A stretch of DNA of 64,000 nucleotides, from assembly GCA_012295275.1 (NCBI GenBank), contig CM022677.1:28215299-28279298 (forward strand), written 5' to 3'. This document shows, piece by piece, positions 44,961-56,066 of the stretch. The first letter of the stretch is position 1; each line of letters starts with the position of its first letter. The notes below the pieces were generated by a model. That model had not been told where the DNA came from, made no database searches, and saw nothing but the letters and a program-made list of their open reading frames with translations. Source of the DNA: Chrysomallon squamiferum. Taxonomy: Eukaryota; Animalia; Mollusca. The position numbers were made by a program, and so were the translations under genes.

Positions 44961-46273
44961 AAACTTGGAAACATATAAACACATTTAAACTGACAGTTAT
45001 ATACTGAATACAAACAACAAACACGTACACAGATTCACCCTCACAGACACATATACATGTGTGTGTGAGAGTGTGTGTATGTGTGAGAGTGTGTGTATGT
45101 GTGCATGTATGTTATATAAGCAACACAAAATACACACACACAAACATAGGCATATAATTAAAATAGCTATACTTTCTTTCAATTTATGCATTTGATAAAT
45201 TCACACAAATGTATTAAAAAGAGTTTCATATGTTGTTTTTTTTTGTGGGTTTGTTTTTACCACCTCTGTTATCTGGAGTTTCATATGTTAATTTTATTTT
45301 TGTTTTCTTAATTTTGTACTATATGAAGTATTTTTGTGGGTTTTTTTTTTACCTATACTACCTGTAGTTTGATGTGTGTTTTGTTTTTTTAATTTTGTAC
45401 TATATGAAGTATTTTTGTGGGGTTTTTTTACCTATACTACCTGTAGTTTGATGTGTGTTTTTGTTTTTTTAATTTTGTACTATATGAAGTATTTTTGTGG
45501 TTTTTTTACCTATACTACCTGTAGTTTGATGTGTGTTTTTGTTTTTTTAATTTTGTACTATATGAAGTATTTTTGTGGGTTTTTTTTACCTATGCTACCT
45601 GTAGTTTGTTGTTTTTGTTGTAAAGAGTTTGTTGTTTTTGTGTTTTCAGAGCTGGAGAAGTGTTAGTTAACTGTGCTACCTGTAGTTTGTTGTTTTTGTT
45701 GTAAAGAGTTTGTTGTTTTTGTTGTAAAGAGTTTGTTGTTTTTGTGTTTTCAGAGCTGGAGAAGTGTTAGTTAACTATGCTACCTGTAGTTTGTTGTTTT
45801 TGTTGTAAAGAGTTTGTTGTTTTTGTTGTAAAGAGTTTGTTGTTTTTGTGTTTTCAGAGCTGGAGAAGTGTTAGTTAACTGCCTGCAAGAAGTAGGATGC
45901 CTTGATGATCTTGTAACCCAGAGAAAGAGAGAAGCCTACTTTAACATTTTAAATATGTTTCAATGCAGTAAGTTTATCTATCCATCTGTACATATATCTG
46001 TCTGTCTGTGTAAATGTCTGTGTATGTGTTTGTGTGTGTGTTGAAACAGTTTTATTTCTCATATATAAATAAATAAAATATGGTGTTAAAATTGTGTATG
46101 TCTGTATTTGTGTGTGTGCATGTATGTGTTTGTGTTTGTGATACATTACTTTTACTTCTATGTAGACTTGTTTATAACTAATTAACGCTCTTTCTTTCTT
46201 AATTAATTATTTAGATATCAAGATACCACAGCATCTGAAAATGACAGAGGAAAGAAGACAAAATAAAAAATAA
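12472..46273 (+). CDS. Secreted protein, ~1176 aa: signal peptide + 2 Ig-like domains + 12 tandem six-cysteine repeats
   Basis: 29 GT-AG exons, all phase-compatible, 3531 nt: 12472-12547 ([20 protein letters not shown].. signal peptide), 13458-13826, 14153-14521, 15774-15800; then A/B pairs 16017-16116/16435-16544, 17442-17568/17989-18092, 19694-19793/20603-20700, 21357-21492/22126-22235, 22856-22979/23633-23736, 24219-24312/26217-26323, 27237-27345/33900-34000, 34501-34600/35087-35196, 36318-36417/38941-39050, 39271-39397/39621-39727, 40591-40696/43547-43656, 44567-44693/45858-45967; and 46215-46273 (stop). C-x8-C-x5-C spacing is invariant across every A/B junction; many N-x-S/T sequons. The first and last exons are the least certain. 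Confidence 0.82.
13458..13826 (+). CDS. Exon encoding Ig-like (V/I-set-like) domain 1
   Basis: Phase 1-1, 369-nt exon; B-strand GEPWTLKC, E-strand STLSLAV, F-strand DKGVYRC (D-x-G-x-Y-x-C). Confidence 0.88.
14153..14521 (+). CDS. Exon encoding Ig-like domain 2 (paralogous to domain 1)
   Basis: Phase 1-1 exon, also 369 nt; GRSWMLQC ... IYYKP ... FQPIAR ... LTW ... DSGVYRC lines up motif by motif with domain 1. Confidence 0.88.
17040..17445. repeat. ~66-bp AT-rich repeat ending in the acceptor of exon 17442
   Basis: About 6 copies of ..TTATCTGTTTTGTTATACTAATTAATTAATATTATTTATTAAAG(G/A)TTT. Confidence 0.85.
18480..19530 (+). mobile_element. Degenerate, internally deleted non-LTR retrotransposon (RT + RNase H; I/Nimb/Ingi-like)
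   Basis: Frameshifted fragments in colinear order: [25 protein letters not shown] and [10 protein letters not shown] (RT domains 0-1), [10 protein letters not shown] and [16 protein letters not shown] (RT C-terminus), [49 protein letters not shown] (RNase H), and a 3' tail GCTGGGGTGTTCTTAAGCATTACTTCATTCAT. Confidence 0.8.
20050..20370. repeat. 60-bp minisatellite
   Basis: TAGTACATTGTACCTCAGTATACCACAGTATTATGTATTATAGTACGTCATAGTATCCTG x~5. Confidence 0.9.
20766..20945 (+). mobile_element. tRNA-derived SINE-like insertion
   Basis: Pol III A-box-like TGGTTGAACGG (20775-20785) and B-box GTTCGAGTC (20829-20837); GC-richer than its flanks; ends in ACATACATA and follows an (ACAT)n tract. Confidence 0.6.
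21545..21950. repeat. ~48-bp minisatellite
   Basis: CCAACGTTAATGTAACGTGATTCCACACTTTTAGTACCTGCACCTAAA x~8-9. Confidence 0.9.
24540..26000. repeat. Long degenerate (GT)n/GTGG/GTCT tract
   Basis: 1.45 kb dominated by G and T; the source of the VCVC ORFs. Confidence 0.95.
26790..27236. repeat. ~100-bp repeat abutting the acceptor of exon 27237
   Basis: 4-5 copies of ..CATCATCATACTTTACCTATTTTATCATTTAGAATATT..AATTAGTTTTGTTACTGTT(GTT)n. Confidence 0.8.
27800..28225. repeat. 47-bp minisatellite
   Basis: AGTTATGTTAATGACTGTAGTTAAACAACTGCAGTAAGAGTGAAAAT x~9. Confidence 0.92.
28325..33928. repeat. 5.6-kb array of 60/65-bp units, each a copy of the 3' splice site and first codons of exon 33900-34000
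   Basis: Unit ..CATGTCATTGAGTCCTGTATTATTTTGTAG|AGCTGTAAACTCTTTCTTCAAGTGTCTTC (65 bp) or a 5-bp shorter form (60 bp); about 90 copies estimated from length; the last copy runs into the exon. Confidence 0.95.
34030..34172. repeat. Compound (CTT)n(ATT)n microsatellite
   Basis: Directly visible. Confidence 0.95.
35203..35485. repeat. 70-bp tandem repeat x4
   Basis: GTATATATAATACTGTCATCACTGATTTAAAACACATGTATTTGTTCATTATAAGAGATTGTAAAC.. repeated. Confidence 0.9.
35625..36105. repeat. ~45-bp minisatellite, array 1
   Basis: TAGTAGAAATAGTTATATATACAGCTTTGTGTACATTAGTAACAT(TC) x~10. Confidence 0.9.
36432..36955. repeat. 35-bp minisatellite
   Basis: TTTAGTATAGACTAGGACACTGGTTACAGAAGTCA x~15. Confidence 0.92.
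37490..38770. repeat. ~45-bp minisatellite, array 2 (same family as 35625-36105)
   Basis: Same unit and orientation, about 28 copies. Confidence 0.92.
39745..40260. repeat. 57-bp minisatellite
   Basis: AACTTAACTAACAAGTGTGTACCCTAATGATTTGAGGCAGTGAATGATAACTAAATA x~9. Confidence 0.92.
40730..43165. repeat. 46-47-bp minisatellite, ~50 copies
   Basis: CATACATAAACACAGCCATGTTTTAAAAACTAAAGTGTAGTTAGTTT. Confidence 0.95.
43170..43500. repeat. 39-bp minisatellite
   Basis: ATATAAGTATATGCAGTAACTGTCTGTCTTTTTACACAT x~8. Confidence 0.92.
43960..44380. repeat. 29-bp minisatellite
   Basis: ACCATTGCTAATACACTATTAATACTGTT x~14. Confidence 0.9.
44715..45020. repeat. Compound repeat with (CA)n, 3 copies
   Basis: (CA)n-CTCAAACTTGGAAACATATAAACACATTTAAACTGACAGTTATATACTGAATACAAACAAC x3. 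Confidence 0.9.
45300..45880. repeat. T-rich ~80-bp repeats followed by a triplicated acceptor plus exon start
   Basis: TGTTTTCAG|AGCTGGAGAAGTGTTAGTTAACT with AG ending at 45649, 45753 and 45857 (104-bp spacing). Confidence 0.88.
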
Positions 46274-46494
46274 ACAATTTTGATGTTAATTTTACAATCT
46301 TTCTTTTGTTATGAATATTTTTATCAGAGCATGACTAATATAATTTACCTCATAGTATAGTACTAATTTTAATTGCTTTACAATAACACACACACACACA
46401 CACACACATACATACAGACACATTCAAACACCTAGCACAATACATATTATGCACATGCACACATAGATACTAATGCATAGTTACATTCTCTTTG

Positions 46495-46528
<34 letters not shown>

Positions 46529-47147
46529 CAGTTGTTCTCAAATTTGTGTAATCTCCTTCATTCTTTGAATGTTTTTCTAAACAGAAATGTTAAATGTGGC
46601 TGTTTTGTTTGTTTTTATAGAATATATAATAATCAGTATTGAATAAATTTAATTTTGTTTGCTTTTACAGAATATATAATAATCAGAATAAAATTAATTA
46701 TATTCTTCTGAAGAGTGTTGATGTTATAATTTTATCACATCATTATCATATTTTTCTACTTTTTATTTTTTTTTGTATTTTAGTTTTTAACTATTTTTAT
46801 ACATAAAAAAGTTTTTCATTATGTACTTGTGGATGGTTACAGATCTGAATTTCACAGTACATGCCAGGTCTATAATGTTGTATTTATTATTAATTACATT
46901 TATTTATTCATGAGTATAAGTGAACAATTTTATCCAATATGCATATAAAACTTGAGACAAAGCTGATACATAAAGCAAGCACAAAAAAAAAAAAAAAAAA
47001 AAAAAAATGGAAAACAAAAGTTTAAAAATCCTAAGTAATCCCTACTAGATTCCATCAGAATAATACACGATAGTGGAAATTTTAAACAAAAATATTTATA
47101 AAACAAAGCGGGCCATAATGTTTTGTGTGTAAATGTGTGTTTGTTTG

Positions 47148-47197
<50 letters not shown>

Positions 47198-47319
47198 TAT
47201 TTTAATCTATGATTGGTAATATTGAAAAGAGAAATAAAACCTGTTAGCTAGTTTTTTCAGTTACATTTATATCTGCACCATTTCTGAGGTATGAAAATAT
47301 GTACCATTACACCAAACAC

Positions 47320-47354
<35 letters not shown>

Positions 47355-47360
47355 ATGTAT

Positions 47361-47402
<42 letters not shown>

Positions 47403-48083
47403 AATAATAATAATAGCAATAACAATAACAAATAACTTCCTAACTAAACAATATCAATAAATAAACAAATAAACACATAAATACATAAATAAATAAATAA
47501 ATGAATAAATAAACAACAACAATAATAAAAAAAAATATAATATTGAGTATCAATTTGCAAGAGGCCTGGTTCCCTGAAATAACGACGTTTTTCTCCTTAT
47601 TGACAGACAGAACGTAATATAGATTCATAATTAAAATATAAACATTAAATTCAATATATATTGCGAGTTTTTTGTTTGTTTCTAGTTAGTATGTGCATAC
47701 TGTAACATTCTTATCTTTTAACGTCTGAGTTGTCGTCGGTCGACATCCAAGATGTAGTAATAGCGGCAATGTTTTGTGCAGTTCATAAAGGAAACCATTG
47801 CGAAACGTTGGAGACAGGGTTGTTTATGTATGGCTAAAAGGTGTCTTATGAAAAAATACTTTTACCTATCTTAACTGTTAAAGCTTACCGCAAATATGCG
47901 AACAAGAAGCATTCCTTAGTTTAAAAAAAAAAATAAATAAATAAATAAATAAAAAACCTTCCGTTAACAAAATCTTCACCATGTGACGTAACTTGTTTTG
48001 TTTTTGTTTTTTTTGTGGGGGGGTATTTCCTTTTTATTATTATTGCTATTTAACGAAGGTGCCTCAAAACCCATACCGAGTCG

Positions 48084-48156
<73 letters not shown>

Positions 48157-48707
48157 ACAACAAAAGTAATATATATGTGGAGGTGTATTATGACTTTATA
48201 TAATTTAAAAAGTCATAATGTCATAATAACAAAGTGATATATTTATTTTTAGGTTTAGAATTATTATTACTTTTTTCTTTTCATTTATTATAGAAATAAT
48301 CGTTATTTTGTGTGTTACTGTTAATGTTGACAAAATTTGTTAAACATAGGCTATTAATAAAATTTGCACACACGATTACTAAATTTATTAATATATTATT
48401 GATGATAGTGGCGGTTATTGTTTAGTAGTTTTGTTTACTAGAATTTTTAATTTTGTTTGAAACATATTAAAATTGATACAAAAATAATACATTTTAAGAA
48501 TAAGTATGGTGTGAAACCACCATTAACAACACATGAATTTAGAGTTATCTGTTCGAACATTCTCGTATTTAGGACGACAACCTCCGAAAATACATAAAAA
48601 CAATTCTCGATTATACAGCTGGGAAGAGTATTTTGGAAACCATATCGACAAAGACTACATTGATGGAAACTATCCGGATATGGCAACTAGCTATTAAAGG
48701 ATTTAGA

Positions 48708-51700
48708 ATGTCGTCGACGTCCGTATCTCATTTACCATATTATGCTGAAGGAAAAGTTATTAAAGGGTTTGGAAGAGGCAGCAAAGAACTTGGAATACCT
48801 ACTGGTAAACAAAAACGTATTATAACAATTTAAGACCTTTCCGATCATTTTTAATTTTTATGTTGATAACTAACTAACTAATATGTAATATATTATATAT
48901 AATATAGTCACTGTGTATTATATATTTGCATAGTGCAATATCTGGCGATCCTTAGGATTTAAAGAAAAATGTATTATACATGATTATATTTAATATTAGT
49001 AAAAAATTTACGGAACAAATATTACTGCTTGTAAATGGAAAGTTCGCTACATAATACCACTTGTTCTTTAAAAACAAATATTAATTGAGTTTTAATTTTT
49101 TGTATTTTTTATTATATATATGTAATGTCTTGTTGTGTTTTTAAATATTTAAAAAAAAATTTTAATCATAATAATAATTTTATTTATTTTTTTGTTTTCT
49201 TGGGGTTTTTTTTGTTTTTTTTTCAGCTAATTTTCCTGAGAGTGTTGTTGACAAACTTCCCGAAGACATTGCATGTGGTGTTTACTACGGCTGGGCCAGT
49301 GTCGACTACGGAGATGTACACAAGATGGTTATGAGCATCGGGTGGAATCCTTTTTTCAAAAATACAAAGAAGACTATGGTAATTATTAATAATATTAAAA
49401 TACCAAGAAGACTATTGTAATTGTTAATACTAAAATACAAAGAAGACTATGGTAATTATTAATAATAGTAAAATACAAAGAAGACTATGGTAATTATTAA
49501 TAATAGTAAAATACAAAGAAGACTGGTAATTATTAATAATACTAAAATACTTGTTTATTATATTAAAATTGTGTTCTTGGAATTTAATTTTAAGAAGAAA
49601 AAAACCTACTCTTTGATTGTAAGTTATTGATGTGTATGTATATATCCTGGAAACATTTATCTCGCATGCTTTAGACTGGAGATGGCTTAGATTTTTTGAT
49701 TGGCCAGATTTTTACATAATATAAAATATAAAATGCAGAATGAAACTAGAAAACAAATTAATACACTTCTGAAGCAGGATTTTAAGCTTTGTTAATGCAC
49801 TTTAAATGGTAAAAATACCTATATAGAATATGTAATGGTATAGGTTGAAAATTATTATTAAAAATATAAATTTCATTATGAAATAAAGTTAGAAATTAAG
49901 ATGTTTCTAGTTATAAAAGCCTGTACCTTTGTGACATGTGAGTGTTAACCAGCTGCTGTCTGTTTACGCTTTACTTTGATGGACGTCTGAACAGATTCAT
50001 GTTTTGTTTCCTTTATTCTCAGGAAACGCACATACTCAGTGTTTTCAAAGAAGATTTCTATGGCAGTCTTCTGAAGATTGTCATGTTGGGATACATTCGA
50101 CCAATGAGTACTTTTAAGTCTCTAGGTAAATCTATTTTTAATCATGTTTATATTGTTCTCTAAACAAATGTGATAAGTAAATGACATTTAGTTGTTACAA
50201 GTTATCAAATTACAATTTTTTTTTAAACCCACTTTGTTAATTACAATAAACCTCGCCTTAGTCACCTGCTTTTTACTTGTCAAATCTGAGTTGTCACCTG
50301 AGGCTTGGTCACAGTTAACACAAACCACAGTTAATTTATGAGAGGTATGTGTAAGACTTCATTATAAGAGGTATGGTTAAGTCATCATTATGAGAGTTAT
50401 GGTTAAGTCATCATTATGAGAGATATGTGTAAGAGTTCATTATGAGAGGTATGTGTAAGACTTCATTATGAGAGTTATGTGTAAGACTTCATTATAAGAG
50501 TTATGTGTAAGACTTCATTATAAGAGTTATGTGTAAGACTTCATTATGAGAGGTATGTGTAATACATAATTATGAGAGATATGTGTAAGAGTTCATTATG
50601 AGAGTTATGTGTAAGACATCATTATGAGAGTTATGTGTAAGACTTCATTATGAGAGGTATGTGTAATACATAATTATGAGAGTTATGTGTAAGACTTCAT
50701 TATGAGAGGTATGTGTAAGACATTATTATGAGAGTTATGTGTAAGACATCATTATGAGAGTTATGTGTAAGACATCATTATGAGAGTTCATTATGAGAGG
50801 TATGTGTAAGACTTCATTATGAGAGGTATGTATAAGACTTCATTATGAGAGTTATGTGTAAGACATTATTATGAGAGTTATGTGTAAGACTTCATTATGA
50901 GAGTTATGTGTAAGACATCATTATAAGACTTCATTATGAGAGTTATGTGTAAGTCTTCATTATGAGAGGTATGTGTAAGACTTCATTATAAGACTTCATT
51001 ATGAGAGGTATGTGTAAGACTTCATTATAAGACTTCATTATGAGAGTTATGTGTAAGACTTCATTATAAGACTTCATTATGAGAGGTATGTGTAAGACTT
51101 CATTATAAGACTTCATTATGAGAGGTATGTGTAAGACATCATTATGAGAGGTATGTGTAAGACTTCATTATGAGAGTTATGTGTAAGACTTCATTATGAG
51201 AGGTATGTGTAAGACTTCATTATGAGAGGTATGTGTAAGACTTCATTATGAGAGTTATGTGTAAGACTTCATTCATTATGAGAGGTATGTGTAAGACTTC
51301 ATTATGAGAGTTATGTGTAAGACTTCATTCATTATGAGAGGTATGTGTAAGACTTCATTATGAGAGGTATGTGTAAGACTTCATTCATTATGAGAGGTAT
51401 GTGTAAGACTTCATTATGAGAGTTATGTGTAAGACTTCATTATGAGAGTTATGTGTAAGACTTCATTATGAGAGTTATGTGTAAGACTTCATTATGAGAG
51501 GTATGTGTAAGACATCATTATGAGACTTCATTATGAGAGTTATGTGTAAGACTTCATTATGAGAGGTATGTGTAAGACATCATTATGAGAGGTATGTGTA
51601 AGACTTCATTATGAGAGGTATGTGTAAGACTTCATTATGAGAGTTATGTGTAAGACATCATTATGAGAGGTATGTGTAAGACATCATTATGAGAGTTATG

Positions 51701-52316
51701 TGTAAGACTTCATTCATTATGAGAGGTATGTGTAAGACATCATTATGAGAGTTATGTGTAAGACATCATTATGAGAGTTATGTGTAAGACATCATTATGA
51801 GAGGTATGTGTAAGACATCATTCATTATGATGACTTAGTGTTACTTGTCAATCTCATATTCCAAAAGTGACAACTTTGATGAGGTTTACTGTATAATAGA
51901 ACACACTTATTTATATTTATTATTATGATTATTGTTATTATTATTTGCTCATTAATTTTTTATTATTCTGAATACTATGAGCATCTAGATTTAAGTATTC
52001 AGGTATATTTAAGAAAAGAGATAAAAAATGTCATCCAGCATTAGATTTATTGCAGTGCCTTACATTTTTCTAATCATTATTTTCTGTGACTGTTATAATA
52101 TTTCTGTTTACTGATAAAATAGTGTTCACTTTTCACCATCTTTGTTTTATCTCTCTCTATTTATCTAACTGTCCCAGTAATTTCTATTTTTCTTTTTCAG
52201 ATGAACTTATAGCAGCCATTAAGTCAGATATATCTATAGCATCATTAAAACTAGAATCAGAAGAGGCTTTGGTATTCAAAGAGAACAACTTCTTTAAAAA
52301 TGTTCAGAAGACTTAA
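48708..52316 (+). CDS. RFK: Riboflavin kinase (monofunctional, 155 aa, 4 exons)
   Basis: Exons 48708-48804, 49227-49378, 50023-50125, 52201-52316 (468 nt). Signature motifs G-x-V-x-x-GFGRGSKELGIPTANF, GVYYGWA, MVMSIGWNPFF, ETHI..DFYG, GYIRP, LIAAIKSDI. An in-frame upstream ATG lies at 48663. Confidence 0.96.
49358..49550. repeat. ~38-bp repeat made of the RFK exon-2 end plus donor site, ~5 copies
   Basis: AAAATACAAAGAAGACTATG|GTAATTATTAATAAT is repeated downstream of the true donor at 49379. Confidence 0.88.
50335..51830. repeat. 26-bp minisatellite in RFK intron 3
   Basis: CATTATGAGAGGTATGTGTAAGACTT, more than 50 copies with partial units. Confidence 0.95.
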
Positions 52317-53059
52317 TGTAGATTAAATGTAGACTTGGTAAAGAACTGTTTAATGTGTTTTCTTTAGGCAGAGGAGGAAGAAATCAGTCAGACTGATACA
52401 TTTCGCACAAATCAAATACTGGTATTGTTATTCTAATCAGGGTCTGGCTACATGTCTGAGAGATTGTAATATTTGTTATTTTATTTTATCACAAAAGCAC
52501 AAAAATAACAATTTGAAAACTGAATTACATTTGTTAGGACAATATAAAAACACCAATGTTTTACAACAGTTTGGCTTTATATATTTATAAGATGCTTGAG
52601 TAATAATAGTAATAATAATAATCATTAAAATAAATAGATCATTAAAAAAATTCTAAAAGCAGTCTTCAGCTTAAAACTTCGGCCTTTGAATTTACATAAT
52701 ATTTATTTCACTTTTAAATACATTCTTGAAAACTATAGATTTTTTTATGGATTTTAACTTTTGATACCAATTAAGAAGGTATGCTGTCATTGCTTATTTA
52801 CAATATTTTTTAAATCTGGATTATTGATATTTTGTGCAATTAGTTTTAATTAGTGTTTACGAAGGATATGAAATGCATTTATAATCAGTAAACTAGTCAT
52901 TAGAATGATACATAAAGACTCAGAATCTCTTTCTGTTACAATATGAAGCATTCCAAATTGAACCTGAAAAAAGAAAACATTCATAATTGCATTCAGTGTT
53001 TGAACCTAGTTTGCAATTTAAAAATTCAAATTTCATTATGAAGATTTCAATTAGTTCTG

Positions 53060-55305
53060 TAAATGTATCTATCAATATCTGTCTATCAGTTTGTCTACAT
53101 GTGACTGGTTATCTATCAATATCTATCAATGTGTCTATGTGTGACTTTATCAATATCTGTCTATCAGTGTGTCTACATGTGACTGGTTATCTGTCAGTAT
53201 CTGTCTATCTGTGTGTACGTATTACTGGTTATCTATCAATATCTGTCTATCTGTCTATGTGTGACTGGTTATCTATCAGTGTGTCTACGTGTGACTGGTT
53301 ATCTATCAATATCTGTCTATCAGTGTGTCTACGTGTGACTGGTTATCTATCAGTGTGTCTACGTGTGACTGGTTATCTATCAGTGTGTCTACGTGTGACT
53401 GGTTATCTATCAGTGTGTCTACGTGTGACTGGTTGTCTATCAGTGTATCTACGTGTGACTGGTTATCTATCAGTGTGTCTACATGTGACTGGTTATCTAT
53501 CAATATCTGTCTATCAGTGTGTCTACGTGTGACTGGTTATCTATCAGTGTGTCTACGTGTGACTGGTTATCTATCAATATCTGTCTATCAGTGTGTCTAC
53601 GTGTGACTGGTTATCTATCAGTGTGTCTACATGTGACTGGTTATCTATCAGTGTGTCTACGTGTGACTGGTTATCTATCAGTGTGTCTACATGTGACTGG
53701 TTATCTATCAATATCTGTCTATCAGTGTGTCTACGTGTGACTGGTTATCTATCAATATCTGTCTATCAGTGTGTCTACGTGTGACTGGTTATCTATCAGT
53801 GTGTCTACGTGTGACTGGTTATCTATCAATATCTGTCTATCAGTGTGTCTACGTGTGACTGGTTATCTATCAGTGTGTCTACGTGTGACTGGTTATCTAT
53901 CAGTATCTGTCTATCAGTGTGTCTACATGTGACTGGTTATCTATTAGTGTGTCTACGTGTGACTGGTTATCTATCAATATCTGTCTATCAGTGTGTCTAC
54001 GTGTGACTGGTTATCAGTGTGTCTACATGTGACTGGTTATCTATCAGTGTGTCTACGTGTGACTGGTTATCTATCAGTGTGTCTACATGTGACTGGTTAT
54101 CAATATCTGTCTATCAGTGTGTCTACGTGTGACTGGTTATCTATCACTATCTGTCTATCAGTGTGTCTACGTGTGACTGGTTATCTATCACTATCTGTCT
54201 ATCAGTGTGTCTACGTGTGACTGGTTATCTATCAATATCTGTCTATCAGTGTGTCTACGTGTGACTGGTTATCTATCAGTGTATCTACATGTGACTGGTT
54301 ATCTATCAATATCTGTCTATCAGTGTGTCTACGTGTGACTGGTTATCTATCAATATCTGTCTATCAGTGTGTCTACGTGTGACTGGTTATCTATCAGTGT
54401 GTCTACATGTGACTGGTTATCTATCAGTGTGTCTACATGTGACTGGTTATCTATCAATATCTGTCTATCAGTGTGTCTACGTGTGACTGGTTATCTATCA
54501 ATATCTGTCTATCAGTGTGTCTACGTGTGACTGGTTATCTATCAATATCTGTCTATCAGTGTGTCTACATGTGACTGGTTATCAATATCTGTCTATCAGT
54601 GTGTCTACGTGTGACTGGTTATCAGTGTGTCTACGTGTGACTGGTTATCTATCAATATCTGTCTATCAGTGTGTCTACGTGTGACTGGTTATCTATCAGT
54701 GTATCTACGTGTGACTGGTTATCTATCAATATCTGTCTATCAGTGTGTCTACGTGTGACTGGTTATCTATCAATATCTGTCTATCAGTGTATCTACGTGT
54801 GACTGGTTATCTATCAATATCTGTCTATCAGTGTGTCTACGTGTGACTGGTTATCTATCAGTGTGTCTACGTGTGACTGGTTGTGTATCTACGTGTGACT
54901 GGTTGTGTATCTACGTGTGACTGGTTGTGTATCTACATGTGACTGGTTATCTATCAATATCTGTCTATCAGTGTGTCTACGTGTGACTGGTTGTCTATCA
55001 ATATCTGTCTATCAGTGTGTCTACGTGTGACTGGTTGTCTATCAGTGTATCTACGTGTGACTGGTTATCTATCAATATCTGTCTATCAGTGTGTCTACGT
55101 GTGACTGGTTATCTATCAATATCTGTCTATCAGTGTGTCTACGTGTGACTGGTTATCTATCAATATCTGTCTATCAGTGTGTCTACGTGTGACTGGTTAT
55201 CTATCAGTGTTTCTACGTGTGACTGGTTATCTATCAGTGTGTCTACATGTGACTGGTTATCTATCAATATCTGTCTATCAATATGTCTACGTGTGACTAG
55301 TTATC
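53060..55305. repeat. 30/44-bp minisatellite downstream of RFK
   Basis: GTGTGTCTACGTGTGACTGGTTATCTATCA with an optional 14-bp ATATCTGTCTATCA insert. Confidence 0.95.
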
Positions 55306-56019
55306 TGTACACGGGCATACACATATACAAAGTGCGTTATTTCAAAAATGGTCCATTTAACTATAGTGGAAATCCATAATGTTATCAATCATTAAAAGAA
55401 TTCATTGCTGTGATTTTATCTCATAGAGGTTTAGGTGTATGTTTTCTAAAATTTTATTGGCAGTTATTTTTTTAAAGTTAATTTTTAAATACATTTCATT
55501 TATCTAAGCAGGTTTAAGGTCAGAGTTCATTACCTGCAATTTTCCAGCTAGCTCAGTATATAAAATAAAGTAAAAGATCTCATCAAATAACAAAATGAAA
55601 AGTAAACAGTGATTGTAAGTAACAAAACTGTCAGCGTGCAAAGATGAAATCTGGTAATTAGAGTTCTATAGAAGCTGGTTAAATGGTATGTACCTGTTTT
55701 ATTATTTATAAACAGTTTGTACAAAGCCAGTAACATTTAAAAGAGACAACATGTTTGTTTTAGTGCTGGTGTCAGAATTTGCAGTAAAGTGTCTTTTTCC
55801 TTCTTTTACGTACATCTATTAAAATCTGACGTCATTTCTCACCATTCTAGAGTTGTCTCCCATGTTTCTTAATATATATTTTTTAGTAATGAAGTTTTTT
55901 TCTTTAGCCTATATAATTTATAAACAATTTTATTGTTTATTTTTCTATTGAATAAAATTTTGTTTTGATGCTGTGGAATGAAATTTTATAAATAAAAATT
56001 AAACAGAGCAATAGTAATT

Positions 56020-56066
<47 letters not shown>

